Below are positions 26,688 to 35,929 of a DNA stretch of 58,110 nucleotides, piece after piece. Each line of letters starts with the position of its first letter. Within the stretch, counting starts at the first letter, position 1. The stretch lies in assembly GCA_938045955.1 (NCBI GenBank), contig CALIBK010000096.1, positions 1 through 58,110 on the forward strand, given 5' to 3'. This stretch comes from an uncultured bacterium (GTDB taxonomy: Bacteria; Desulfobacterota; BSN033; UBA1163). A program made the translations under genes and the position numbers. The notes under the pieces were generated by a model. That model was given only the letters and a program-made list of their open reading frames with translations. It searched no databases and was not told the origin of the DNA.

Positions 26688-27377
26688 ATGTCAGAGAAAC
26701 CCCATTATATAGGACATCGGGAAAGGTTAAGAGAACGATTTAGAAAAGGTGGCCCCGATGGGTTTCATGATTATGAGCTTCTCGAACTTCTCCTCACCTA
26801 TGCCATTCCCAGACGCGATGTGAAACCCATTGCAAAGGAGTTGATCAAACGCTTTGGGAGTCTTTCGGGGGTCCTTGATGCCGGTCAGAAAGAGCTTGAA
26901 GAGATTTCTGGAATAGGACCCTTTTCAGCCATCCTGATCCGGATGGTCAAAGAAATCTGTTCGGTCTACCTTGGAGAAGGGCTCAAAGGGCGAGACGTTC
27001 TCTCTTCACCTAAGGCCGTCGTTGACTTCGTCCGGATGAAACTCTCTGGCCTTCCTTACGAGGCCTTTATGGTCATCTATCTCAATACGAAAAACGAGGT
27101 TCTAAACTGGGAGGTGATCCAGGAAGGAACCGTTGATCGAGCGGTCGTCTTTCCAAGAAGAATTATAGAGGGAGCTCTTGCCCAGCATGCATCAGGCCTC
27201 ATCCTGGTTCATAATCATCCGAGCGGACACCACTCCCCTTCGGAGGAGGATCAATACCTCACAAGAACTATTGTAGGTGCCGCAAGGACACTTGACCTTC
27301 GAATCCTCGATCATATCGTCGTTGGGAAAGACGGACATTTCAGTTTTATGGAAAATCGCCTCCTTGACAATATTTAA
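26688..27377 (+). CDS. radC: RadC family JAB-domain protein
   Basis: GHRERLRERF, YELLELLL, HhH, GTVD...VFPR, HNHPSG..SPS.ED, LDHIVVG. Confidence 0.95.
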   Translation: MSEKPHYIGHRERLRERFRKGGPDGFHDYELLELLLTYAIPRRDVKPIAKELIKRFGSLSGVLDAGQKELEEISGIGPFSAILIRMVKEICSVYLGEGLKGRDVLSSPKAVVDFVRMKLSGLPYEAFMVIYLNTKNEVLNWEVIQEGTVDRAVVFPRRIIEGALAQHASGLILVHNHPSGHHSPSEEDQYLTRTIVGAARTLDLRILDHIVVGKDGHFSFMENRLLDNI

Positions 27378-27437
27378 GGGTCTGGCTTATATCTTATTTA
27401 GATTTCAAATAGTTATTCGTTCTGGAGAGAGATAAAG

Positions 27438-28121
27438 TTGTCTTTCTTTATTACTTTCGAAGGGGTGGAGGGAAGTGGCAAGACCACTCAAATCCGTCGC
27501 CTCAAGAAGTACCTCTCACGTAAAGGAATTCCATGTAAAGTCACCAGGGAGCCCGGAGGAACCCGTATTGGCGAGAAGATTAGAAAGATTCTTCTAAATC
27601 CCGAGCATCGGGAAATGATCCCCCTCACAGAGCTTCTTCTTTATGAAAGCTCGAGAGCCCAGCATGTTCAGGAGGTTATTCTCCCTCTTCTCAAAAAAGG
27701 GATCGTCGTTCTTTCAGACCGCTTTGCAGACGCAAGTACTGCCTATCAGGGATATGCTCGAAAAATAGACCTAAAATGGGTGGAAAAACTTAATCGACTT
27801 GCCTCCTTTGGAATCAAACCCGATATAACCTTTCTTTTAGACTGTCCTACAAATCTGGGCTTGAAGAGGGCCCTTGAAAGAAACAGAAGGGTCAAAAATG
27901 AAAAAGAAGGACGATTCGAAAAAGAACAGATCGAGTTTCATGATCGAGTAAGAAGAGGCTATTTAGCCTTAGCCAAAAAAGAACCCGAACGGGTAAAGAG
28001 GATCGATACCCGGCAGGGAGAGGAGAAGGTTTTCGAGAAGATCCGAGGATTGGTAGATGAACTCATGGGATTAAAGAAAATAAAACCAGGATCTCATCGG
28101 GAAACGGACCCTACGGTATAA
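27438..28121 (+). CDS. tmk: Thymidylate kinase
   Basis: FITFEGVEGSGKTTQ, TREPGGT, DRF..ASTAYQG. Confidence 0.97.
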   Translation: MSFFITFEGVEGSGKTTQIRRLKKYLSRKGIPCKVTREPGGTRIGEKIRKILLNPEHREMIPLTELLLYESSRAQHVQEVILPLLKKGIVVLSDRFADASTAYQGYARKIDLKWVEKLNRLASFGIKPDITFLLDCPTNLGLKRALERNRRVKNEKEGRFEKEQIEFHDRVRRGYLALAKKEPERVKRIDTRQGEEKVFEKIRGLVDELMGLKKIKPGSHRETDPTV

Positions 28122-28127
28122 ATTGCG

Positions 28128-29114
28128 ATGTCTTTTAAAACCGTTTTAGGACATGAAAAATCGATCCGCTGGCTCAAACAGGCGATCCTTCAAAAGAGGG
28201 TCGTTCACAGTTATCTCTTCTGGGGAAACGAAGGGATCGGAAAGAAGTATGTTGCCCTCCAATTTGCCAAGGTTCTCAACTGTCTGGACAAAGGATGGGA
28301 GAAGGGGGATGCCTGTGATAGCTGTGTTTCGTGTAAAAAGATTGATCAATCTCTCCATCCCGATGTTTTGGTCCTTGAACCTGAAGGGCAGACATTAAAG
28401 GTGGATCAGGTCAGGGAGATGCAAAAGGATCTGGCTTATCGGCCTTATGAGGGACGATATCGAGTCATCATCCTTTCGGCGGCTGATCGAATGGCCCCTC
28501 AGATGTCGAACACCCTTCTTAAAACCCTCGAGGAGCCTCCTCTTCATACGATTCTCATCTTGATTGCGAATCATCCACGAGGAATGCTTCCAACCATCCT
28601 CTCTCGATGTCACTCTATCCCATTCAGTCCCTTGCCTACTTCTTTAGTTGTCCGGTGGCTTGTAGAAAAGAAAAAAATAAACGAAAACGAGGCCTCCCTC
28701 CTGGCTCTTCTCTCAGAGGGCAGCCCGGGGAAGGCCTTAGAGATAAAGGAGGAGATTGAACAGATTGCAAGGGAAGATCTGCTAAAGCAATGGGTGGGAG
28801 TAAAATCATTTACCCTCGGAGAAATAGAAAGATTCATCGACTCCCTTCCTTCTCAAAGACAGGGTCTCCTCCTGATCCTTGAGATTTCCAAGAGCCTCCT
28901 GAGAGATCTCATCATGACAAAGATCTCAAAGGATTTTTCAGAATGGATCCATCCAGATCTTTCCGGAGTGTATAAAGCCATAGTCTCGCAGTGGGACTTC
29001 ACCTCCCTTTTTCACCGGCTGGAGACACTTCAGGAGACGACGAGGGCCATTCAAAAGAATGCCAATACTCGATTAGCCCTTGAGACCATGATGCTCTCCT
29101 GGGTTGAAGGATAA
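28128..29114 (+). CDS. holB: DNA polymerase III delta' subunit
   Basis: HSYLFWGNEGIGK, C..C.SC..HPD, NTLLKTLEEPP, LPTILSRC; follows tmk. Confidence 0.93.
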   Translation: MSFKTVLGHEKSIRWLKQAILQKRVVHSYLFWGNEGIGKKYVALQFAKVLNCLDKGWEKGDACDSCVSCKKIDQSLHPDVLVLEPEGQTLKVDQVREMQKDLAYRPYEGRYRVIILSAADRMAPQMSNTLLKTLEEPPLHTILILIANHPRGMLPTILSRCHSIPFSPLPTSLVVRWLVEKKKINENEASLLALLSEGSPGKALEIKEEIEQIAREDLLKQWVGVKSFTLGEIERFIDSLPSQRQGLLLILEISKSLLRDLIMTKISKDFSEWIHPDLSGVYKAIVSQWDFTSLFHRLETLQETTRAIQKNANTRLALETMMLSWVEG

Positions 29115-29117
29115 AAG

Positions 29118-29903
29118 ATGAGTCGAATCGTCTATGTGAAAATATCGAATGGAAAAGTCGAAGGGTTTGATCCCGGAGATCTCTCTCTGGAACCGGGGGA
29201 CTCTGTCGTCGTAGAATCCGAAAAAGGATTATCCTTAGGAAAAGTCCTCTCCTCTCCTCAAGAAAAGAAAGGAAGCCCTTCATTCCCATCGGATAGAAAG
29301 ATCATCCGGAAGGCTACGAGTGAAGATCTTGAACAATCTGAGAGGAATAAGGAACTCGAGAAGGAGGCTTTTCAATTCTGTCTCCAAAAGATCCAAGAGA
29401 AAAATCTCTCGATGAAACTGGTCAAGACGGAAGTCCTCCTGGACCGATCCCGGATCATCTTTTATTTTACAGCCGAGAAGCGGGTAGACTTTCGGGAATT
29501 GGTCAAGGAGCTTGCCTCCAGGTTCCGGATGAGAATCGAGATGCGACAGATCGGCGTGAGGGATGAAGCGAAGATGATCTGTGGGATCGGGAGTTGTGGA
29601 TTAGAACTCTGTTGTTCCAAATTTATGAATCAATTTGAACTGGTCTCTGTAAAAATGGTGAAAGAGCAGAACCTTGCTCTGAATCCCAATAAACTCTCGG
29701 GTCTCTGCGGTCGATTGATGTGCTGTCTCGCTTACGAATATCCAACCTATGTGGAATTAAAAAAAGGATTGCCCAAGGTTGGAAAATCAGTCCGCACCCG
29801 TTTCGGAAAAGGGAAAGTGATCAGGCAGAATGTCCTCAACCAAACCCTTACCATAGAGCTTGAGGAAGGAGGAGAGATTACCATTCATGCATCAGAAATC
29901 TAA
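29118..29903 (+). CDS. ricT: PSP1/YaaT (RicT) family protein
   Basis: FYFTAEKRVDFRELVKEL, RIEMRQIGVRDEAK, G.CG.ELCC, SGLCGRLMCCL.YE. Confidence 0.93.
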   Translation: MSRIVYVKISNGKVEGFDPGDLSLEPGDSVVVESEKGLSLGKVLSSPQEKKGSPSFPSDRKIIRKATSEDLEQSERNKELEKEAFQFCLQKIQEKNLSMKLVKTEVLLDRSRIIFYFTAEKRVDFRELVKELASRFRMRIEMRQIGVRDEAKMICGIGSCGLELCCSKFMNQFELVSVKMVKEQNLALNPNKLSGLCGRLMCCLAYEYPTYVELKKGLPKVGKSVRTRFGKGKVIRQNVLNQTLTIELEEGGEITIHASEI

Positions 29904-31452
29904 AGGAACCTTCTATATCACGACTCCCATCTACTATGTCAATGATGTCCCCCATATCGGTCATGCCTATACCACTATTGCAGCCGATATCCTTGCTCGA
30001 TTTAAACGTCTGGAGGGGTATCAGGTCTTTTTTCTTACAGGAACCGATGAGCATGGTCAAAAGGTAGAGAAGGCGGCTCAAGAACGAGGGGTCGATCCAA
30101 AGAGTCATTGCGATGAGATGGTCATTCGATTTCAGTCTCTCTGGAAGAGACTGAACATCTCGAATAATGACTTCATTCGAACGACCGAGCCTCGCCATAA
30201 GAGAGTAGTCCAAAAAATTTTGCAGGATCTCTATGATCGAGGAGAGATCTATCAGGATAACTATGAAGGATGGTATTGTGTCCCCTGTGAACGTTTCTGG
30301 ACGGAGAAAGACCTGGTCAATGGGAAATGTCCGGACTGCTATCGGGAAGTCTCCGAACTCTCGGAAAAGAACTACTTCTTCAGAATGAGCCGGTATCAAT
30401 CCTGGCTGATCGAGCATATTGAAAAGAATGAACGTTCCATCCTTCCTCCCTCAAGGAGAAATGAGATCTTGGGATTCTTAAAGAATCCCCTGGAAGACCT
30501 CTGTATCTCAAGACCGAAGAAACGATTAAAGTGGGGGATTGAACTTCCTTTCGATACCGAGTATGTGACCTATGTCTGGTTTGATGCTTTGATCAACTAT
30601 GTGAGTGGAATTGGATACGGGGATGATGGAGAGACCTTCTCACGATTCTGGTCTGAAGCCATCCACCTGATCGGAAAGGACATTCTTACGACCCATACCG
30701 TCTATTGGCCTACGATGCTTAAAGGGATAGGTCTTCCCCCTCCTAAAACGGTTTTTGCCCATGGATGGTGGACGATTGAGGGAAAGAAGATGTCTAAATC
30801 CCTTCAAAATGTGGTGGAGCCGAATCGTCTGATTGATACCTATGGAGTCGATGCGGTTCGTTACTTTCTCGTTCGGGAGGTTCCTTTTGGAATGGATGGA
30901 GATTTCTCCCATGCCGCCATGGTTCACCGAATTAATAGTGATCTGGCCAACGATCTTGGGAATCTTTTTAGCCGAACCCTCCATATGGTCCTTCGATATT
31001 TCGATGGAATCATTCCAGCCCCTGCTTCCTGCGAGGAGATCGATGGCCGGCTCCAAAAAGTCTCGGATCATGTCCTTTCCCAGCTTCCTTCGTTCATGAA
31101 TGATTTCGCATTTCATAGGGCGCTCTCCACCATCTGGGAACTCATCGGAGCGGCCAATAAATATGTGGATGAAACGGCCCCATGGAGTTTAGCCAAGGAA
31201 GGAAATACCTCTCGTCTCTCTACGGTTCTCTATCAAACGATGGAGGCCCTTCGAATGATTGCCCTCTTTCTTGCTCCATTTATGCCTTCAACTTCGGAGC
31301 GGATGTGGAAGGAACTTGGTCTCGAAAGCAATCTCTGGGAACAAAACCTTGAAAGGGATGGCATCTGGGGAGGACTTCGACCCGGGAGAAGAATAGAGAA
31401 ACCTCACCCCCTATTCCCGAGGATTGAATCGAGGAAGATCACCGGAGTATGA
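29887..31452 (+). CDS. metG: Methionine--tRNA ligase (short form without C-terminal OB domain)
   Basis: YITTPIYYVNDVPHIGH, TGTDEHG, CVPC..CPDC knuckle, YVWFDAL, KMSKS. Confidence 0.97.
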   Translation: MHQKSKGTFYITTPIYYVNDVPHIGHAYTTIAADILARFKRLEGYQVFFLTGTDEHGQKVEKAAQERGVDPKSHCDEMVIRFQSLWKRLNISNNDFIRTTEPRHKRVVQKILQDLYDRGEIYQDNYEGWYCVPCERFWTEKDLVNGKCPDCYREVSELSEKNYFFRMSRYQSWLIEHIEKNERSILPPSRRNEILGFLKNPLEDLCISRPKKRLKWGIELPFDTEYVTYVWFDALINYVSGIGYGDDGETFSRFWSEAIHLIGKDILTTHTVYWPTMLKGIGLPPPKTVFAHGWWTIEGKKMSKSLQNVVEPNRLIDTYGVDAVRYFLVREVPFGMDGDFSHAAMVHRINSDLANDLGNLFSRTLHMVLRYFDGIIPAPASCEEIDGRLQKVSDHVLSQLPSFMNDFAFHRALSTIWELIGAANKYVDETAPWSLAKEGNTSRLSTVLYQTMEALRMIALFLAPFMPSTSERMWKELGLESNLWEQNLERDGIWGGLRPGRRIEKPHPLFPRIESRKITGV

Positions 31453-31928
31453 AGAAACCTCAACCCATCCACACTATTCTTTGCGATACCCTGAAAGCTC
31501 TGAATTTAGACTTTCCCCTGAAGACCTCTTTGCTCCTTCGGTCGTGGAAGGAGATTGTGGGGGAACCGATTGCCCTTCAGACTCAACCTTACGCCATTCG
31601 AAATCGAATACTCTTTATTTATGTTTCCCATTCCGTCTGGCTCCAGCAACTCCAATTTTTTAAGCCTGCCCTTCTCGAGAAAATCAATCAATTTCTGGGG
31701 GAACCCCTTCTTCAGGATATCCGATTCAAATTGGGAGGGATTCAAGAAAGACCTTCTTCAAGGATTCGAGAATGGGAAGGAGAAAAACTGGATAGAAGAA
31801 CCCAGGAGGAAATTGAACGACTTCTTAAAAAGATCAATGATGAAGGGGTGAAGAGAGGTTTGATGGAAGTCTTGATCAAAAGTGCAAAGCTGGAAAAATC
31901 AAGGACGGGGAAGAGACAAAAAATCTAA
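31449..31928 (+). CDS. DUF721/DciA family protein
   Basis: W.EIVGE.IA..TQP..I.N..L.I.V..SVW.QQLQF.K..LL.KIN pattern. Confidence 0.8.
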   Translation: MKKPQPIHTILCDTLKALNLDFPLKTSLLLRSWKEIVGEPIALQTQPYAIRNRILFIYVSHSVWLQQLQFFKPALLEKINQFLGEPLLQDIRFKLGGIQERPSSRIREWEGEKLDRRTQEEIERLLKKINDEGVKRGLMEVLIKSAKLEKSRTGKRQKI

Positions 31929-32102
31929 ACCTTTCTCTCCACTTTGGTCCTCTCCTCTTTTCTCAGGGAATCCGTTTTCGTAAAGAAGGCTATTCTCTTC
32001 TAATGCCCCCATTGATTCTTGTTCGCAGTCAAGATCGCAGTAATGGTTTTTAAGAAGACACCTCGAATGATCATAGAATTCACACGTTTTTTCTAACCCC
32101 AT
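31899..32102 (-). CDS. Small Cys/His-rich hypothetical protein (67 aa)
   Basis: CEFYDHSRCLLKNHYCDLDC; AAAGGGGGG RBS; sigma54 promoter upstream. Confidence 0.6.
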   Translation of the reverse strand: MGLEKTCEFYDHSRCLLKNHYCDLDCEQESMGALEENSLLYENGFPEKRGEDQSGEKGLDFLSLPRP

Positions 32103-32153
32103 TCGATTCCCCCCTTTCTACAGGGTATGGTTAATTTTCATACAATAAAGAAT

Positions 32154-32169
32154 TGCAATCCCGATGCCA
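32154..32169 (-). promoter_or_regulatory. Sigma54 (-24/-12) promoter
   Basis: TGGCATCGGGATTGCA matches TGGCAC-N5-TTGCW with exact GG-N10-GC spacing. Confidence 0.75.
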
Positions 32170-32322
32170 GGGGAATCTGACTCTCTTTTCGCCCCATTTC
32201 ATTGAAATTGATCTGTACGGGAATGAACGAAGAGAAAGGGTGAGATTTTTCTACTCAGGCTATATGACAAAAATGAACAGAGTTTCTGAAAAACCGACTT
32301 TTCGGAGGTCTCTTGATTTTGT

Positions 32323-32697
32323 TTAGGCTTTTTCTAAGAAGATTCTCTCTCCGTCTTTCACCTTCCGGAAAACCTTGGGATCTCCTGAGAGCCTTCCAAT
32401 AATATTCACTCGACTGGCTGCTCGAATCTCCTCTCCTCGGCTCACGGGGGTTGGACCAAAAAAGATACAGAAGGCATTCCCTGCAGGCCAGTATCCCAGT
32501 TCTCCTGCTGAAACGACCTCCCTCGACCCTTCCTCCAAACCCATCTTCACAGGGATAGAAAAGTAGATTTCCTCGCCCCAGGTATTAACCCGACCCTCTA
32601 TGGGCAGGGCATCCCAGATCGATTGGGCAGTTTTCGAATCGTTCAATTCGGCCTCCACATGGAGTGGACCTACCCGGATCTTAATCCTTCTTTCCAT
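32323..32697 (-). CDS. Cyclophilin-like fold protein (DUF369/TM1367-like)
   Basis: TA..IWDALPI....NTWGEEIYFSIP, GELGYWP.GNAFCIFFGPTP.S...EIR.AS.VN. Start set at ATG 32697. Confidence 0.85.
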   Translation of the reverse strand: MERRIKIRVGPLHVEAELNDSKTAQSIWDALPIEGRVNTWGEEIYFSIPVKMGLEEGSREVVSAGELGYWPAGNAFCIFFGPTPVSRGEEIRAASRVNIIGRLSGDPKVFRKVKDGERIFLEKA

Positions 32698-33304
32698 CCC
32701 CTTCTCCTTTCTCAAGAGGGCTGAATTCATCATAAAGGGCTCTCTTCTCTCCAATCTCACTGAGATGATTTGAATAGAATAGGATCTCCCGATCCATCTT
32801 GTCCATTTCGCCCTTCATCGAAAAGAATCGACGACTCTGGTCCTTTAAAAGAAAGAACCCTAAAATCACGATGACATAGTGAGGAAGCTCCCTTGTAAGA
32901 AGATAATAAAGCCGAGATTGAAGGCCAAAGAAGTAATAGGACTCGATAAGAAGTCTAAAGCTATTGAGAAGGAGGGCCAGGGTGAGGAATTGGAGGAATC
33001 GGTTAGTCCTGGTGACATTCTTAGAAAGGGTCTCCAGATATTGATCATAAGTCCTCTTAAAATTTTTCCAACCCTCCGAAAGATTTCGGAGGAGTTCCCG
33101 GTAGATTTTCTCATCCTCACCATAGAGTTTCATCCGGACCTTAAGATCTTCACGAAACAGGAGATAACGCCTGAAGGTCTCCTCTCTTTCGGAGAGAAGT
33201 CCGTGATTCTTTGTCACTCCTTTATACAGGATCACTCCGACACTGATGAGCAGAATAAGGGTTACCCCTTCATTAAAAAACTTTATCCAGAGGACCTCTT
33301 CCAT
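32681..33304 (-). CDS. Hypothetical membrane protein
   Basis: About three hydrophobic segments. AGGGAG RBS before ATG 33304; tightly packed between larB and the cyclophilin-like gene. Confidence 0.65.
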   Translation of the reverse strand: MEEVLWIKFFNEGVTLILLISVGVILYKGVTKNHGLLSEREETFRRYLLFREDLKVRMKLYGEDEKIYRELLRNLSEGWKNFKRTYDQYLETLSKNVTRTNRFLQFLTLALLLNSFRLLIESYYFFGLQSRLYYLLTRELPHYVIVILGFFLLKDQSRRFFSMKGEMDKMDREILFYSNHLSEIGEKRALYDEFSPLEKGEGDGKKD

Positions 33305-33314
33305 CTTCTCCCTT

Positions 33315-34064
33315 TTACATCTGATTGATGAGACTGGCCATATACCCTGCTCCAAATCCATTGTCAATGTTGACGACCGCCACCCCAGCGGCACAGGAAT
33401 TCAACATGGAGAGCAATGCCGCAATTCCACCAAAACTGGCCCCGTATCCAACACTGGTGGGAACTGCGATGACAGGTTGATGGACCAGCCCCCCCACCAC
33501 GCTTGGAAGTGCACCTTCCATTCCGGCAACGACCACCAATACCCTCGCCCTCTCGATCTTCTCTCTTTCTGAAAGAAGACGATGGATTCCTGAAACCCCT
33601 ACATCATAGAGAGTGTCTACTTGATTTCCCATAAATCTTGCTGTAAGAGCAGCCTCTTCAGCCACAGGGATATCCGTAGTCCCTGCAGTAATGATGAGGA
33701 TCAACCCTTTCCCAATAAGTTCTATGGGATGGGTTAAATAGATAAGGACTCTGGAGAGAGGATGGTACTCACTTTTAGGAAAGACTCTCTGGATCCTTTT
33801 TGCTTTCTTCTCATCCAAACGGGTGATAAGGATATTCTGACCTTTTTCTTTCATCTGTCTCATGATGGAAAGGATCTGTTCGGAGGTCTTTCCCTCGCCC
33901 CAGATCACCTCTGGAAATCCCTTTCGAAGAGGCCGATGATGGTCTATCCGGCTATGGCCAAGGTTTTCAAAAGGAAGCACTCTTAATTGATCCAAAGCTT
34001 CCTCGATCGAGAGTTTTCCCTTCTGAATATTCTTTAAAAGTTGTCTCAGTTTTCGAATCTCCAT
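33315..34064 (-). CDS. larB: Nickel-pincer cofactor biosynthesis protein LarB
   Basis: IDHHR.LRKGFPEVI.GEGKT, AGTTDIPVAEEA, DVGVSGIHRL, AGMEGALPSVVGGL, PTSVGYGA, VVNIDNGFGA. Confidence 0.95.
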   Translation of the reverse strand: MEIRKLRQLLKNIQKGKLSIEEALDQLRVLPFENLGHSRIDHHRPLRKGFPEVIWGEGKTSEQILSIMRQMKEKGQNILITRLDEKKAKRIQRVFPKSEYHPLSRVLIYLTHPIELIGKGLILIITAGTTDIPVAEEAALTARFMGNQVDTLYDVGVSGIHRLLSEREKIERARVLVVVAGMEGALPSVVGGLVHQPVIAVPTSVGYGASFGGIAALLSMLNSCAAGVAVVNIDNGFGAGYMASLINQM

Positions 34065-34085
34065 GGGTCAAATAGAATGAATCTA

Positions 34086-34115
34086 ATTCTATGCAGTCCT
34101 TCAATCAAAAGTCAA
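34086..34115 (-). promoter_or_regulatory. Candidate sigma70 promoter for larB
   Basis: TTGACT-18 nt-TAGAAT just upstream of larB. Confidence 0.55.
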
Positions 34116-34128
34116 CAGGACTTTATTC

Positions 34129-34632
34129 TTATTGTTTATGTTTGATAGTTTTCTTTCGGAGGTGGGGGATTAAGCCTCCATCGCGAAGGAGCTCCTGCAT
34201 GAAGGGAGGAATCGGTTTCGAAAGGAATCTCTTCTTCTTGGTGAGATCATAGATCTCCCCTGTAGAAAGATCCACTTGAATTCTGTCTCCTTCCTCAATC
34301 GCCTCGGAAGCTTCTTGAGATTCCAGAAGGGGTAGCCCAATGTTGAAAGCATTCCTGAAAAAGATTCGAGCAAAACTTTTGGCAATGATACAGGAGATTC
34401 CAGCTGCCTTTAGAGCCAGGGGGGCGTGCTCTCTGGAAGAGCCGCAGCCAAAATTCTTTCCCGCAACAAGGATATCCCCCCTCCTCACGTCCTTGGAAAA
34501 GGAAGGCCTTTCGTCTTCCATCACGTGTTTCGCCAGTTCTTTAGGATCTGACTGGTTGAGATATCTGGCAGGAATAATGGCATCGGTATCGATATCTGAA
34601 CCAAATTTCCAAACCCTTCCTTCCAATTTCAT
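34129..34632 (-). CDS. leuD: 3-isopropylmalate dehydratase small subunit
   Basis: DIDTDAIIPARYL, NFGCGSSREHAP, SFARIFFRNA. Confidence 0.95.
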   Translation of the reverse strand: MKLEGRVWKFGSDIDTDAIIPARYLNQSDPKELAKHVMEDERPSFSKDVRRGDILVAGKNFGCGSSREHAPLALKAAGISCIIAKSFARIFFRNAFNIGLPLLESQEASEAIEEGDRIQVDLSTGEIYDLTKKKRFLSKPIPPFMQELLRDGGLIPHLRKKTIKHKQ

Positions 34633-34646
34633 TCTCTCCCTTCCCC

Positions 34647-35927
34647 TCACCCTCTGCTTCTTAAGACCTCTTCGGGATGAGCAATCCTTCCCTTTACGGC
34701 ACTTGCGGCCGCCACCGCGGGACCCGAGAGATAGACCTCACTTTCGGGGTGTCCCATCCTTCCTTTAAAATTACGGTTTGTAGTTGCCAACGCCCTCTCC
34801 CCTGCTGCTAAAATACCCATATATCCTCCCAGGCAGGGTCCACAGGTGGGAGGACTGACCACTGCTCCGGAAGATAAAAAGACCTCGATGAGACCCTCCT
34901 TCAAGGCCTGCCGATAAATCTCTTGGGTGGCCGGGATGATAATCAATCTTAACGTGGAGGCTACCTTTTTTCCTCTCAAAATCTTAGCCGCAACCCTCAG
35001 ATCTTCGAGATGACCGTTGGTGCATGAACCAATGACCACCTGATCAATCTCAACGCTTCCCACTTCCCTTACATCCTTCACATTGGAGGGAAGATGGGGT
35101 AGGGCGACCTGTGGACCAATCCTCGACACATCAAACTCCATGACTTGCTCATAACGAGCCTTCGGGTCACTTCTAAAGATACGATAAGGCCTTTGGGCTC
35201 TCCCTTTTACAAACTGAAGGGTCACCTCATCGGGTTCGATCACCCCATTTTTTCCCCCTGCTTCGATGACCATGTTGCATATGGTAAAGCGACTCGCCAT
35301 GGAGAGCTCGTGAACAGTCTCCCCTGAAAATTCCATCGCTCGATAGAGGGCTCCATCCACTCCAATGGCTCCAATGGTCGCAAGAATCAAATCCTTTCCG
35401 CTAACCCAGGGTCGCAGTTTTCCATAGTAAATGAATTTTATCGTCTCTGGGACTCTGAGCCAGATCCGACCTGTGGCCATCGCTGCACCGAGTTCCGTAC
35501 TCCCAACCCCGGTGGAGAAGGCTCCAAGCGCTCCATAGGTGCAGGTATGACTGTCTGCCCCAATGATCACCTCTCCTGGATTAACAAGTCCTTTCTCCGG
35601 AAGAAGAACATGTTCGATCCCGCATTTCCCAATCTCGAAATAATGGGGGAGGCGTTGGGCCTTTGCAAACTCCCTCATCACCTTGCACTGCTCGGCCGAA
35701 AGGATATCCTTGGCAGGAGCGAAGTGGTCGGGGACCAGCACGACACGATCCCGGTGAAAGACTCTTTTAGCGCCAATCTCGCGGAAGGCCTCAATGGCCA
35801 GGGGAGCAGTAATATCATTAGCCAGCACAAGATCGACCCGAACATCCAGGATCTCCCCCGGGGAGACCCATTTTCGGCGAGAATGGGAGGCTAAAAGCTT
35901 TTCCGTAAGAGTCATCGGATGGGCCAT
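34647..35927 (-). CDS. leuC: 3-isopropylmalate dehydratase large subunit
   Basis: DH, GADSHTCT.GA, IGSCTNG, CGPCLG, TNRNFKGRMG. Confidence 0.95.
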   Translation of the reverse strand: MAHPMTLTEKLLASHSRRKWVSPGEILDVRVDLVLANDITAPLAIEAFREIGAKRVFHRDRVVLVPDHFAPAKDILSAEQCKVMREFAKAQRLPHYFEIGKCGIEHVLLPEKGLVNPGEVIIGADSHTCTYGALGAFSTGVGSTELGAAMATGRIWLRVPETIKFIYYGKLRPWVSGKDLILATIGAIGVDGALYRAMEFSGETVHELSMASRFTICNMVIEAGGKNGVIEPDEVTLQFVKGRAQRPYRIFRSDPKARYEQVMEFDVSRIGPQVALPHLPSNVKDVREVGSVEIDQVVIGSCTNGHLEDLRVAAKILRGKKVASTLRLIIIPATQEIYRQALKEGLIEVFLSSGAVVSPPTCGPCLGGYMGILAAGERALATTNRNFKGRMGHPESEVYLSGPAVAAASAVKGRIAHPEEVLRSRG

Positions 35928-35929
35928 CT

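Noticed and set aside
26688-27377. radC as marker of a mobile element
   Set aside because: It is the full-length chromosomal type next to tmk-holB, with no integrase or other mobility genes.
27364-27392. TTGACA upstream of tmk as a promoter
   Set aside because: No convincing -10 box at 16-18 nt spacing.
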